64,000 nucleotides of DNA from an uncultured Alphaproteobacteria bacterium (GTDB lineage Bacteria > Pseudomonadota > Alphaproteobacteria > Rhizobiales > Beijerinckiaceae): NCBI GenBank assembly GCA_963789645.1, contig CAWBLM010000016.1, positions 54,216 through 118,215 on the forward strand, written 5' to 3'. Shown one piece after another: positions 20,834 through 30,888 of this stretch. A program made the position numbers and the translations under genes. The notes below the pieces were generated by a model that searched no databases, was not told the origin of the DNA, and saw only the letters and a list, made by a program, of their open reading frames with translations. Every line of letters begins with the position of its first letter. The first letter of the stretch is position 1.

Positions 20834-22049
20834 TCACCTTGGCCGAGCGCCCGGAGGGCCGGCGGCCTCGGGACCGCCAAATCCGCCCGGCCCACCGAAT
20901 CCGCCCGGGCCGCCAACGCCGCCCGGCCCGCCCAAGCCGCCGGGACTGCCAGCGCCGCCTGGCGCGCCGAAATCACCGTGCGGGCTTGGCGCGTTCTCGC
21001 GCGGGATTCCATGCGATCCAGGAGGATTCGGCCCTCCGGGGATGGCGCCGGGACGCTGAGGGCCTTCGCCACCGCCCCTTCCATCTGGCCCTCGAGAGCG
21101 CGCCGGCATCGCGCCGCTTCCGTTGACGTGAACGGCGTTGACGCGCCATTCACCGTCGCTGCCGATCCGGGTTTCGAGCACCGCCCGCATGACGCGGCCA
21201 ACCGGAAGCGAAGCAACGTCGCCGCTAACCGGCAGGCCTGATCCGAGACGGAGGCCGGTGGCGCTCCGCTCGACATAGGCTTCGATCGAAAGCTTGTGGA
21301 CATGGCTCCCTAGCAAGGCGCGCTCGCTCTCGCCATGGAGGACCTCGAACGCGCCATTGGCGAGGCTGCCGCGCAGCACTGCGCGCTGGCCGATAAGGCC
21401 CGGGTCCACGCCGCTGAGTTTGAGATGGCCGATCATCGGCGTCCCGTCCGCGGCGATCTCGATTGGCCCAGCGACCTGTTCGAGACGGGACCCGCGCTTC
21501 TCGACCAGGCTCGCGACGATCGCGCCGCCGGGGCGCCGCAGACCGCTGACCGCGACGTGGTCGCCGACGCTCCACCGGCCATCCGCCGTCTGCAAGCGAG
21601 CGAGCAACACCGTTTGGCCAAGCACCGTCAGCCTGTCGGCGCCGACCCTCTCAACAGGGCCGACCACCTCGCTCGTCACGTCGATCCGGCGCGTCGAAAA
21701 CTGGCCGCCGCTTTCGTGCGCCACGACGCGCACCACCTGGCCGATTTTGAGGGCGCTGACGCTCGAACTCCTCGCCGTCGATGCGCACCGCCGCGTCCTT
21801 GGGGTAGGCGATGCGCAAATCGTTTACGATGATGCTGCCAAAACGCCGGATCGTGCCGATGACGCCGGTGCCGCCGATGCCCCTGTCGTGATCGTCTTCG
21901 TTTCCCTGGGGCGAAGTGGTCGCGCCAGTGCCGCCGATGCCTTGATCGTAGGGTCCCGCCGTTCCTCGCTGGGCTTGGCCGAAATAGGCCGGCAGCGCCG
22001 CCAAAAACCCCAGAACGGTTCTGCGGCTAAAGGGCGGCAGGCTGCTCAA
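20834..22049 (-). pseudogene. Tat-signal DUF5666-like secreted protein with Gly/Pro-rich C-terminal tail, one frame break
   Basis: The N-terminal piece (ORF 21651..22049) carries the twin-arginine signal MSSLPPFSRRTVLGFLAALP and two DxGIGGTG repeats. The body (ORF 20834..21736) has repeated beta-rich segments and ends in GGPGGVGGPGGFGGPGGFGGP. The break is near 21740. The start codon is a non-ATG (TTG) start. Confidence 0.62.
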
Positions 22050-22936
22050 GACGCCTTGCCTCCGTTGTTATTTCCTTCGCCCTCTGGCGCGGCAGAGGCG
22101 GCATCGGCGGCGGCGCCGTCGCCCTCGCGATAAATATAAACCCCCATGATCCAGCGGCAGCTGCCGCCCGCATCTGTCGCGCAAGCCGCGTGGGCCTCGC
22201 GGTTCGCCTCATGCAACGCTGAAAGGGCGATTTCGCGCGAGCGCTGCTCGAGGGTTGCGGCCAGGGAATCGGACAATCCGTCATAATGCACCGCGCGCTC
22301 CAGAAAGCGCGGCCGCTTCTGCAGCACATTGGCGACGGAGGCCGCGATATGATCGTGCAGATTGCGGCCAAAATAATAGAGCTGCTCTTCGGCGCCGGCC
22401 TGCGGCACGAAAGCCGCTTCGGCGAGAATGATGCGGCCCTCTTCGTCAATCGCCACCAGTCCGCGGTCGAGCCATTCGTCGAGCACGGCCCGGGGGCGCA
22501 CGTCGCGCGTCACGGATTCGACGAGCTGTTCGAAAGAAGGCTCCGCCGAATCCTGGTCGGAACTTCTGTTCAACGGCCGCGGCCGTCCTTTGGCGTCGGT
22601 GAATTCCGGCGCCGCCAGCCAGCGCGCGATGATGCGGCTCGCGCGGGAAACTGTGGCCGGCGTCGCGCTGATCGGCGCGCCGGCGCCGCGCAGCCGACGA
22701 ACCTCTTTGCGATGGATGCCTGTGAGCAGGCTGACGCGACTGTCGGTCTGCTCCTTGGCCTTCAGCGCGAAATCATATTCGGCGACGTTGACGTAAAGTT
22801 CGCGGAGGAGATCAACGACGCCAGGGAAGGTCATCCCGCTGCGGATGAACAGTTGAACGAGCGGACGCAAAAGACGCGCGACCGGAGACTGCAGCCTCTC
22901 CGCATCCGGCGGCGTTTGGTTCGAACGATCCTTCAT
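22046..22936 (-). CDS. conserved hypothetical protein (DUF6502-like) with a possible HTH segment
   Basis: I placed the start at MKDRSNQ (22936). LLRPLVQLFIRSGMTFPGVVDLLRELYVNVAEYDF...SRVSLLTGIHRKEVRRLR looks helix-turn-helix-like. The stop overlaps the start of the DUF5666 gene by 4 nt. The DUF number is from memory. Confidence 0.6.
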   Translation of the reverse strand: MKDRSNQTPPDAERLQSPVARLLRPLVQLFIRSGMTFPGVVDLLRELYVNVAEYDFALKAKEQTDSRVSLLTGIHRKEVRRLRGAGAPISATPATVSRASRIIARWLAAPEFTDAKGRPRPLNRSSDQDSAEPSFEQLVESVTRDVRPRAVLDEWLDRGLVAIDEEGRIILAEAAFVPQAGAEEQLYYFGRNLHDHIAASVANVLQKRPRFLERAVHYDGLSDSLAATLEQRSREIALSALHEANREAHAACATDAGGSCRWIMGVYIYREGDGAAADAASAAPEGEGNNNGGKAS

Positions 22937-22961
22937 CTGCGCAGATATGACGGAAACCGCC

Positions 22962-23035
22962 GTGGGACACAATCCCACAAATGGGTTGACGTGGGTAAAT
23001 TTCCCACGTATCCATTGCGTGTGAATTTTTCCCAC
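22962..23035. promoter_or_regulatory. candidate operator array: three 17-bp GTGGGA-N5-TCCCAC palindromes spaced 28-29 bp
   Basis: Site 1 is 22962-22978 GTGGGACACAATCCCAC (perfect arms). Site 2 is 22991-23007 GTGGGTAAATTTCCCAC (5/6). Site 3 is 23019-23035 GTGTGAATTTTTCCCAC (5/6). The first site lies 26 nt upstream of ATG 22936 on the minus strand. Confidence 0.45.
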
Positions 23036-23498
23036 ACAAGCACATGGCCATGGCGCGACAGCTTTCTCTAGCCTCGAACCGCAATGCGAACTCCTCCGGC
23101 AGAGGTCGGATTCAACCTCAACCCACGCCGGTTTCGCTTCACATCCTTGCATTGAAGCGCGGCCTGCTGTTTGCGGCGGCGCTGATCTCACTTTCGTCCC
23201 GATGGCCATTGCGGCATGGCGGGGCGACGCGGAATTGAGCCTCGCGCGGTCATGGCCGCTCGAACTCTCGACGGGGCGCGACGCCGGCAAATCGTTCTCG
23301 ACGCCCGGCCCCGGCGACATCAGTCGCTAAGGGGATCAGGCGAAGCGGAGTTTTTCGCCGTCCGATCCTGCGACCACTAGGAGCAGACCCCTCCCGATCG
23401 CGCTCCTCGCTCTCTCCAATCAACCCGAACGCCTCGCACGCGGCCCGATCGAGTTCGGCCGCGAATGCCCGAGGCCGCCTCTTCCTCAGGACTGTCAG

Positions 23499-25121
23499 AT
23501 GCTTTCCTATTGGCTACACACTCTCGACACACCCAAAATGGCGTTTAACGATGCGCGGGACGGCTCGCCTCGCACAGAGGCTGCGCGCCCTTCGACGCCG
23601 GAGATTTTCTATTCGTGGCTGACGAGCCTTGGCCTGCGATTTGCGCCGCCAATCGGGCGGCGGGCGCGTCATGGCGTCGCCCCGCAGCGAGACCCGGCTT
23701 CGACGACCGCCCCCGGACTCGCCGGGGAAGCAGCCTCAAACGATCACGAACGGTCCAACCCACGCATTTTCATCGATCTCACCGATGTTCTTTGCCATGC
23801 GATCTGGCATGACACATGCGCCGGGATTCCTCGGGTCCAGCTTGAGGTCGCGAGCCGGCTTTTTCGGTCGAACCCTTCGATTGCCCTCTTGGGTTTCCAT
23901 CAGAAAAGCTGGCGCGAGCTCGGCGCCCTGATCAATGACGCGGATGGCGACGTCGACAAGACTTTCGCGCTGCTCAAAGAAACCTTCTCGGATTTCAAGA
24001 TCGGCCTCAAAGGGCTGAAGCTTCTTTGGCGAAGGCGTCGGCGCCATTTGAAAACCCCGCGTTATCTGCGCGTCCCAGAAATCAGGACGCAAGATAGCCT
24101 GTTCATCGGCGGCGCGTTCTGGACCAACAGGAAGACCATCGAACTCTGCAAGCGCGCCGCGGCGAACGGCGCCAATCTCGTCGCGTTGTTTCATGATCTC
24201 ATCCCGCTCGCCCAGCCATCATTCACCGGCCATGACTTTGCGCAGGAATACCGAGACATGCTGCGACTTCCGGCGCATTTTGTCGTAACGACAGAGCTCA
24301 ATCGAGACGAGCTGAAGCGGGCGCGACGGCAAATCAACCGGTCGAACGCGCGGACCTCGTCGACGGTTCTGCCCCTCGCGGATGAGTTTCCAGGTTCGCG
24401 ACGCGGCGAGAGGCCTCAATTCCCTCCCCAACGATTCCAAGGACTAGCGGGCCAAAAGTTCGCCCTCTGCGTCGGGACGATCGAGATTCGCAAGAATCAT
24501 CACGCGTTGCTTGCCGCCTGGAGCGAACTCGCGGCGGAGGTCGGCACCTCGATGCCGAAACTCGTCATCGCTGGACGACGCGGGTGGAAAGCGCATGGCA
24601 CCTTGGCGCAGCTCGACGCGCTGGAGCCTGACGGGCCGATCGTTTTCGTCGAGGCGCCGACCGATGAGGAACTGCGCTGGCTTTACGCCTCCTGCCTCTT
24701 TACGGTGTTTCCGAGTTTCTTCGAAGGCTGGGGCTTGCCGGTCGGTGAAAGTTTCTGGTTCGGCAAGCCCTGCGCGGCGTCAAACGCGAAATCCATCGCG
24801 CCTGTCGCCCGCGATCTGTGCGCGTTTTTCTCGCCGCATCATCGAGAAGACATGAAAGCGGCCATCCGGCGCCTGTTGAGCGTCGAGGAGCGAAAAATCT
24901 TTCAGCGCCGGATGGCGGCGACGCCCTTACGGAGGTGGTCGAAGTTCGCCGCCGACATGGAGACGCTGATTGCAGAGCGCCGCCCGCTCAGCGAGGCTAT
25001 CGCGCTGGATGCCGCGGCCAACCCTCAATCCGTCGTCTCTCGCCGCGAACAAAATCATGCCAGCTTCGCCTTTATGAACGCTCCCGCCAACTCCAGCGCG
25101 GCGCGCCCGGCGTCGAGTTGA
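23499..25121 (+). CDS. glycosyltransferase family 1 (GT4-type) with a long N-terminal extension
   Basis: 540-aa ORF. The C-terminal GT-B domain reads VGTIEIRKNHHALLAAW...LVIAGRRGW...FPSFFEGWGLPVGESFWFGKP (E-x7-E-like region). The true start is uncertain (MAFND at about 23538 is possible). Confidence 0.78.
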   Translation: MLSYWLHTLDTPKMAFNDARDGSPRTEAARPSTPEIFYSWLTSLGLRFAPPIGRRARHGVAPQRDPASTTAPGLAGEAASNDHERSNPRIFIDLTDVLCHAIWHDTCAGIPRVQLEVASRLFRSNPSIALLGFHQKSWRELGALINDADGDVDKTFALLKETFSDFKIGLKGLKLLWRRRRRHLKTPRYLRVPEIRTQDSLFIGGAFWTNRKTIELCKRAAANGANLVALFHDLIPLAQPSFTGHDFAQEYRDMLRLPAHFVVTTELNRDELKRARRQINRSNARTSSTVLPLADEFPGSRRGERPQFPPQRFQGLAGQKFALCVGTIEIRKNHHALLAAWSELAAEVGTSMPKLVIAGRRGWKAHGTLAQLDALEPDGPIVFVEAPTDEELRWLYASCLFTVFPSFFEGWGLPVGESFWFGKPCAASNAKSIAPVARDLCAFFSPHHREDMKAAIRRLLSVEERKIFQRRMAATPLRRWSKFAADMETLIAERRPLSEAIALDAAANPQSVVSRREQNHASFAFMNAPANSSAARPASS

Positions 25122-25934
25122 TCGGCCCACAAAGGCCAGGCGTGAAATCATGTGCGGCCAGATCTCGAGCGTCGCGGCAACGTCCGCGGCGCCGGCCCGG
25201 GCGACGATCCGAACCGCATCGTCGAGCAGGGTCTCGGCCGAGCCGACCTGAGCCAGCAGGGGAGGGAGCCCGGCAAGATCGGCGAAGAGAGGCGAGGCCA
25301 GCGGATCTTTCGGATCATGGCCGGCAAGATAGGCGCTTGCGAGTTCCTCGAGATAGGGCTTCTGGATCAAGGGGTCGATCGCCGCCTTGCTCTCCAGGCT
25401 GGCGCCTTGCATTTCAAGATCGACCCAGGGCGACAGCAACCATGCGCAAGCGGGCAAAGGCTCTCCGCTGCCGCGCAAACTCGTGAGCAGGGCGAGCGTC
25501 AGGCCGCCGCCGGCGCTGTCGCCGCCAATGGCGATGTGGACCGGCAAAACGCCGCGATCGAGCAGCATCGAATAGGCGGCCTTGGCGTCCGTGAGCGCGG
25601 CTGGAAAAGGATGCTCGGGGGCGAGCCGATAGCCGACCGCCAGGGTGCGGATGCCGGCGGATCGTCCCACCGTCACCATGCCGCGGTGGCCGGCGATCGA
25701 GCCCGAGCAATAGCCTCCGCCATGAAAATAAACCAGCACGCGAGACGGATCGCCGCCTTTGGCCAAGGACCATTCGAGCGGAAGTCCGTCGAGGCCGTCG
25801 GCTTCGAGCGAAATATCGTCGCCCGCCGGATGCGCGGCAACCTCGTCGAGCCGCGCCCGGCGGGCGGCGAAGCCGACCGGGCGAGGTTTTGAACTCAGCA
25901 GGGCGCGAACGGCCTCGATCCCGGAACCGGACAT
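25055..25934 (-). pseudogene. alpha/beta hydrolase, HSL-type esterase/lipase, one frame break near the 3' end
   Basis: Start at MSGSGIEAV (25934). It has the HGGGY oxyanion motif (VYFHGGGYCSGS) and the nucleophile GDSAGGG. After EIWPHMI an extra T (ATT to ATTT, near 25146) shifts the frame. The corrected frame reads HAWPLWADQLDAGRAALELAGAFIKAKLA with a stop at 25055. Confidence 0.8.
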
Positions 25935-26419
25935 GCTGCGCCTCCCTGCGCCCCCGCGCGAGCGGCGAAAGCCATCAAAGCTTTGTGTCCGATCGCTCGT
26001 CTCAATCAGCAAACGCCCATAGATCGATAGGGCGTTTTCCGCAATTCTTCGCTTCGCGGAAGCGATACCATAAGCTGGGCTTGAGCGCCATTTCGACCGG
26101 CTGGATTGGCGCGGCAAGGAGCAAGCCGCAGCGTGACGACAGGGCAACGGATCGCTTTGACGGCCGGCGCGATCGTCGCCATTTTCGCGTTCAACGAACT
26201 CATCACCAGTTTTCGCCAGCACGGACGACGTCGCGCCGCAAAGAGCGTGCGAACTCAGATCGTGGCGGCGCTCGAGCCATTCCCAGCCAAGGCTTCGGCC
26301 AGCCCCGACTAGGCGTCCGCGCGGCGTCTTTTGATATCAAGATGAAAGCCATGATCTGAACATTCAGCGGCCGGCGCCCTATATTTCGGTCCAGCGTCTC
26401 TTGAAAGAGTAGTTCTCAT

Positions 26420-27439
26420 ATGCTCGCCTCCGACGACGACATTCTCCTTGAAGCGCAGCGCTGGACAAACGCCGGCCGCGACGTCGCCATCGCCACGGTG
26501 GTGGAAACCTGGGGCTCCGCGCCGCGTCCGGCCGGCAGCCATCTCGTCATCGACGCTAAAGGCAATTTCCTCGGCTCTGTTTCCGGCGGCTGCGTCGAGG
26601 GCGAGGTGGTTACCCAGGCGCAGGAGGCGATCCTGGCGGGTAGTCGCCATGTGCTCGAATTCGGCGTCGCGGACGAGACCGCGTGGCGGGCGGGGCTCTC
26701 CTGTGGCGGCCGCATAAAAGTCTATGTGCGCCCGCTCGACCCCTCCCTGCTCGCCGCGATCATTGTCGAGCGCGCCGCTCGCCGCCCATGTGCGGTCGTA
26801 GCCAATCTTGGCTCCGGCGCCGAGCGGCTTGTTCGGCTGCGCGATCTCGCCGCCGACCCGTTGGCTGCAAAGCTCGAACAGCGCCTGCGACAGCGCGAGA
26901 GCGGCGTCGAGGAGAGCAATGGCGAATCGGAATTCGTCACCGTCTACGCGCCGCCGATCCGGCTCATCGCCATCGGCGCCGTCCATATCTCGCAAAGTCT
27001 TGCGCCGATGGCTCTGCTCGCCGGATTTGAGACGATCATCATCGACCCGCGCACGGCTTTCGCGACCGCTGACCGCTTTCCCGGCGCCCGTCTCGTCGCC
27101 GAATGGCCACAAGACGCATTAGCCGCGCTCGAACTCGATCCGGCGACGGCGGTCGTGCTGCTCACCCACGAGCCGCGCATCGACGATGAGGCCCTTATCG
27201 CCGCCCTCAAGGCAAACTGCTTCTACATCGGCGCGCTCGGCTCCCGAAAAACTCATGCGCGGCGGGTCGAGCGCATGCGCGCGGCTGGCTTTAGCGCGGC
27301 CGCTCTGACACGGATTCACGCGCCTATCGGCCTCTCGATCGGAGCGAAAAGCCCGGCGGAAATCGCCGTCGCCATTCTCGGCGAAATCATCGAGGCGATG
27401 CATCATTCCCCGTCGGCGAAGTCAGAGCGAGCGGCATGA
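26420..27439 (+). CDS. XdhC/CoxI-family molybdoenzyme maturation factor
   Basis: 339-aa ORF. The N-terminal XdhC_CoxI region reads VAIATVVETWGSAPRPAGSHLVIDAKGNFLGSVSGGCVEGEV. The C-terminal Rossmann-like region reads RLIAIGAVHISQSLAPMALLAGFETIIIDPR. The stop overlaps the next start (ATGA). Confidence 0.85.
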   Translation: MLASDDDILLEAQRWTNAGRDVAIATVVETWGSAPRPAGSHLVIDAKGNFLGSVSGGCVEGEVVTQAQEAILAGSRHVLEFGVADETAWRAGLSCGGRIKVYVRPLDPSLLAAIIVERAARRPCAVVANLGSGAERLVRLRDLAADPLAAKLEQRLRQRESGVEESNGESEFVTVYAPPIRLIAIGAVHISQSLAPMALLAGFETIIIDPRTAFATADRFPGARLVAEWPQDALAALELDPATAVVLLTHEPRIDDEALIAALKANCFYIGALGSRKTHARRVERMRAAGFSAAALTRIHAPIGLSIGAKSPAEIAVAILGEIIEAMHHSPSAKSERAA

Positions 27440-28458
27440 GATTTGGTCCCGCGCCGGTCGAAAAAGCGGAGGGCGCGTTGCTCGCCCATGCGATCAAAAG
27501 GCCCGGATTGGCCTTGAAGAAAGGCGAACGCCTCAGCCCTGACCATATCGGCGCGCTGCTTGCCGCAGGAATCGCCGAGATCATCGTCGCGAAGATCGAA
27601 CCGGGCGACGTGGAGGAGAATGAGGCCGCGCTCCGCATCGCCCGCCGCCTCGCTGGCGCCAACTTGCGTCTTGACGCTCCCTTTACCGGGCGCTGCAACC
27701 TCATGGCCGAAGCGAGCGGGGTGCTCGTCGTCAATACACCGGCCGTCGGTCGCATCAATGGCGTCGATGAAAGCGTCACGGTCGCCACTCTGCCGGCGTT
27801 TCACAAGGTTCGCGCGGGCGAGATGGCGGCGACGGTCAAGATCATTCCCTTCGCTATACCTTGCGCCGTACTGGAGCGGGCGGTTTCAAGCGTCGGCGAA
27901 GCGGCGCTGCGGGTCGCGCCGTTCCAGGCGCTGCGCGTCGGCGTGGTTTCGACGCTACTTCCGGGCTTGAAAGCCTCGATCGTCGACAAGACTCTTTTTG
28001 CGCTCGAGGAGCGCCTCAATGGAACGGGCAGCAAAATCGTCGCCGAAGAACGCGCGCGGCACGAGGCGAGCGCCATCGTCGGCGCGCTCCGCCGCGTCGA
28101 AGCATCAAGCGACCTCATCATCGTCTTCGGCGCCAGCGCGATCACCGATCGCCGCGACATCATCCCGACGGCAATCGAGAAATCAGGCGGGCGCGTCACA
28201 CATTTCGGCATGCCGGTCGATCCCGGCAATCTTTTGTTGATCGGCTCGCTGCCTGGGCTCGCGCAACATTCAGGCAAGCCCGTCATCGGCGCGCCCGGCT
28301 GCGCGCGATCCCCTAAGGAAAACGGCTTCGATTTCGTGCTGAACCGGCTGCTGGCCGGCCTCGACGTCGGCAGTGAAGACATCCGCCGGATGGGCGTCGG
28401 CGGCTTGCTCACCGAGATCAAGTCGCGCCCGCAGCCGCGTCTGCGCGCGGATGGGTGA
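27436..28458 (+). CDS. molybdopterin-binding (MoeA/MogA-like domain) protein
   Basis: 340-aa ORF. The C-terminal MoCF-biosynthesis-like domain reads DLIIVFGASAITDRRDIIPTAIEKSGGRVTHFGMPVDPGNLLLIG. It is sandwiched and overlapped by the xdhC-like and mocA-like genes. Confidence 0.72.
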   Translation: MRFGPAPVEKAEGALLAHAIKRPGLALKKGERLSPDHIGALLAAGIAEIIVAKIEPGDVEENEAALRIARRLAGANLRLDAPFTGRCNLMAEASGVLVVNTPAVGRINGVDESVTVATLPAFHKVRAGEMAATVKIIPFAIPCAVLERAVSSVGEAALRVAPFQALRVGVVSTLLPGLKASIVDKTLFALEERLNGTGSKIVAEERARHEASAIVGALRRVEASSDLIIVFGASAITDRRDIIPTAIEKSGGRVTHFGMPVDPGNLLLIGSLPGLAQHSGKPVIGAPGCARSPKENGFDFVLNRLLAGLDVGSEDIRRMGVGGLLTEIKSRPQPRLRADG

Positions 28459-29080
28459 CATCGGCGCGATCATCCTGGCGGCGGGTCGCTCAACGCGGTT
28501 CGCGGGCGGCTCGGGGACGACCAAGCTCGCCGCAATCTTGCGCGGAAAACCGCTGGTGCGTCATGTCGCCGAGGCTGCGTTACAGTCCTCGGCAAGGCCG
28601 GTCATCGTGGTCACCGGCCATCGCAACGTCGAGGTCGAGGCGGCCTTGCGGGCCTCGAACTCTCTTTCGCCGCCAATCCGGCCTATGCCGCCGGCCTTTC
28701 CGCCTCGTTGAACCGTGGGATCTCGGCCTTGCCGCGAACATGCGCGGGCGCGGTGATTCTTCTCGGCGATATGCCTCTTGTCTCGGGGCCGCTGATCGAT
28801 CGGCTGATCGGCGCTTTCCTTGAGAAGCTTGCGGCCTCGCCGGAAGCCCCGCTCGCGGCCGCGCCGGTGCGGGCGGGCGTGCGGGGCAATCCAGCGTTGA
28901 TCGGCCGAGACCTGTTTGCGGAGATTGCAAAGCTCAAAGGCGATCGCGGCGCCACGCCTTGATCGACCTGGCCGGTGCGCGCCTCGTCGAATGCCTCGTC
29001 GAAGACGACGCGGCTCTGATCGACGTCGACACGGAGGAGGCGCTGCGCAGCCTCAGAGTCCGATTAGGCAAATCGAACTG
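28451..29080 (+). pseudogene. MobA/MocA-like nucleotidyltransferase (molybdenum cofactor cytidylyl/guanylyl-transferase family), two frame breaks
   Basis: MGDIGAIILAAGRSTRF...KPLVRHV...VVTGH lies in the frame of ORF 28373..28711. LNRGISAL...AVILLGDMPLV lies in the frame of ORF 28708..28962. The tail LIDLAGARLVECLVEDDAALIDVDTEEAL lies in a third frame, ending at 29080. Breaks are near 28655 and 28955. Confidence 0.75.
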
Positions 29081-29285
29081 AGGCTTGTCTGTGGATGCCG
29101 TTGGCGCTACCGCTGTTTTCTTGATCTCGCCGTCGCAGTTTTCTCGGCGATCGGCCGGCAAGCCTCCATTCCGGCTGCTGCGCACAGGAGCGCATCGGCT
29201 CCAGTTGGGCTCGCCGACCTCCAAGTCACTGTATTGTTCATGCCGCTCGGAATAAGCGAATCGCGCAAATAGAAGGGAGCGACAG

Positions 29286-30727
29286 ATGACGCCGAGCTTT
29301 GGCCCTGTTCCTCGTGACAAGAAGGCGGAAGGATTTCTCGCGCGATTGGCGCTGCGCTTCGCCGCTTGGTCGGAGCGGTGGTTTCCAGACGCCTTCGTTT
29401 TCGCGGCGATCGCGGTGGTCGTGGTTGCGATCGCCGCGGCGTTGAATGGCGCGCCCCTTACGCTGGTGGCGAAATCATTCGGCGACGGCTTCTGGAGCCT
29501 CATCCCTTTCACCCTGCAGCAGGTGATGGTGGTAATCAGCGGTTATATCATCGCGAGTTCGCCGCCGGCCGCGCGATTGATCGACAAGATCGCCGCTCTG
29601 CCGCGCAACGGCCGCAGCGCGGTAGCCTTCATCGCCCTCGTGACGATGCTGCTGTCTTTGATCAATTGGGCGCTGAGCCTGATATTCGGCGGCTTGCTCG
29701 CCCGCGCCGTCGCCGAGCGAACTGACCTTGAGATGGATTATCGCGCGGCCGGCGCCGCGGCCTATATGGGGCTTGGCTGCACCTGGGCCTTGGGGCTCAG
29801 CTCGTCAGCGGCGCAATTGCAGGCGAACGCCGGAGCCATCCCGAAGTCTCTACTGCAAATTACCGGCGTCATTCCATTCGCTCAGACCATTTTCTTGTGG
29901 CAATCGGGCGTCATGCTGGCGGTGTTGCTGGTCGCCTCGACCGTGATCGCCTATCTGTCCGCCCCGTCAGGCTCGCACGCCATGACGGCCGCGATGATGG
30001 GCGTCGACGTCACGACGAAGGCGGCGCCGCTCCGCCGCGCCAGCGCCCCGGCGAATGGCTGGAATATAGTCCCGTCATCACCCTTCTGCTGTTCGCTCTC
30101 GGCGGCGGCTGGCTGGCGCAGGAGTTCGCCAGCAAGGATCCGATCCTCGCGATTTCAAATCTCAACACCTACAATTTCCTGTTGCTCATGCTCGGCCTTC
30201 TGTTGCATTGGCGCCCCAAAAGCTTTCTCGACGCCGCCGCAAAGGCCGTTCCCGCGACGGCTGGCATATTGATGCAGTTTCCGCTCTATGGCGGCGTCAC
30301 CGCGATCCTGACGACAGCCGCCGCGGCCGGAGGCCCCACGCTCGCTCACCGCCTCGCCGAATTCTTCGCCAGCATCAATACGAAGGAGACGTTTCCTGTC
30401 GTCATGGGCCTTTATTCGGCCGCGCTCGGTTTCTTCATCCCCTCCGGCGGGGGCAAATGGGTGTTGGAGGCGCCCTATGTCATGCAAGCCGCGAATGAAC
30501 TGAAGGTTCACTTCGGCTGGGCGGTTCAAGTCTACAATTCAGCCGAAGCGCTGCCCAATCTCATCAATCCCTTCTTCATGTTGCCGCTGCTCGGCGTGCT
30601 GGGCGTCAAGGCGCGCGACGTCGTCGGCTTCACGGCGCTGCAGCTCGCCTTTCACCTGCCAATTGTGCTTTTTTTGCTGTGGGCGCTCGCGCGCACGCTC
30701 GTCTATACGCCGCCGGTTATTCCTTGA
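29286..30727 (+). pseudogene. short-chain fatty acid transporter (AtoE family), one frame break
   Basis: The N-terminal half is ORF 29286..30272 (FAAWSERWFPDAFVFAAIAVVVV...). The C-terminal half is ORF 29897..30727 from RPGEWLEYSPVITLLLFALGGGWL. Polytopic membrane protein. The break is near 30030-30045. Confidence 0.8.
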
Positions 30728-30888
30728 ATGCGCGAGTCGTGGGCCAAAGCACTTCAAGCGAAATTGATCCGGTTGAGGGACCGAAAGAAGTTAAAATAGG
30801 AAAGAAAAGGCGATACCGGTTCCAGTTTGGCTTAGTCGTTACTATGCTCGCTTGCACGCGACATTTCGGCGGCCGCTCTGCGAGGGGC

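Noticed and set aside
20866-20960. Imperfect 15-18-nt tandem DNA repeats (CCGCCCGGCCC-type) as a possible CRISPR or VNTR element
   Set aside because: They are the coding sequence of the GGPGG(F/V) tail of the DUF5666-like protein. There are no unique spacers, so this is low-complexity coding repeat and not an array.
25055-25121. 67-bp convergent overlap of the glycosyltransferase and esterase 3' ends
   Set aside because: This is probably trivial. The glycosyltransferase C-terminal residues past about 25050 are low-complexity and the real stop may be affected by an indel. There is no evidence of functional antisense control.
26223-26419. Possible Moco riboswitch upstream of the xdhC-like gene
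   Set aside because: I could not find the conserved Moco-motif elements or a convincing multi-stem fold by eye. A covariance-model search (Rfam Moco_RNA_motif) would be needed to say more.
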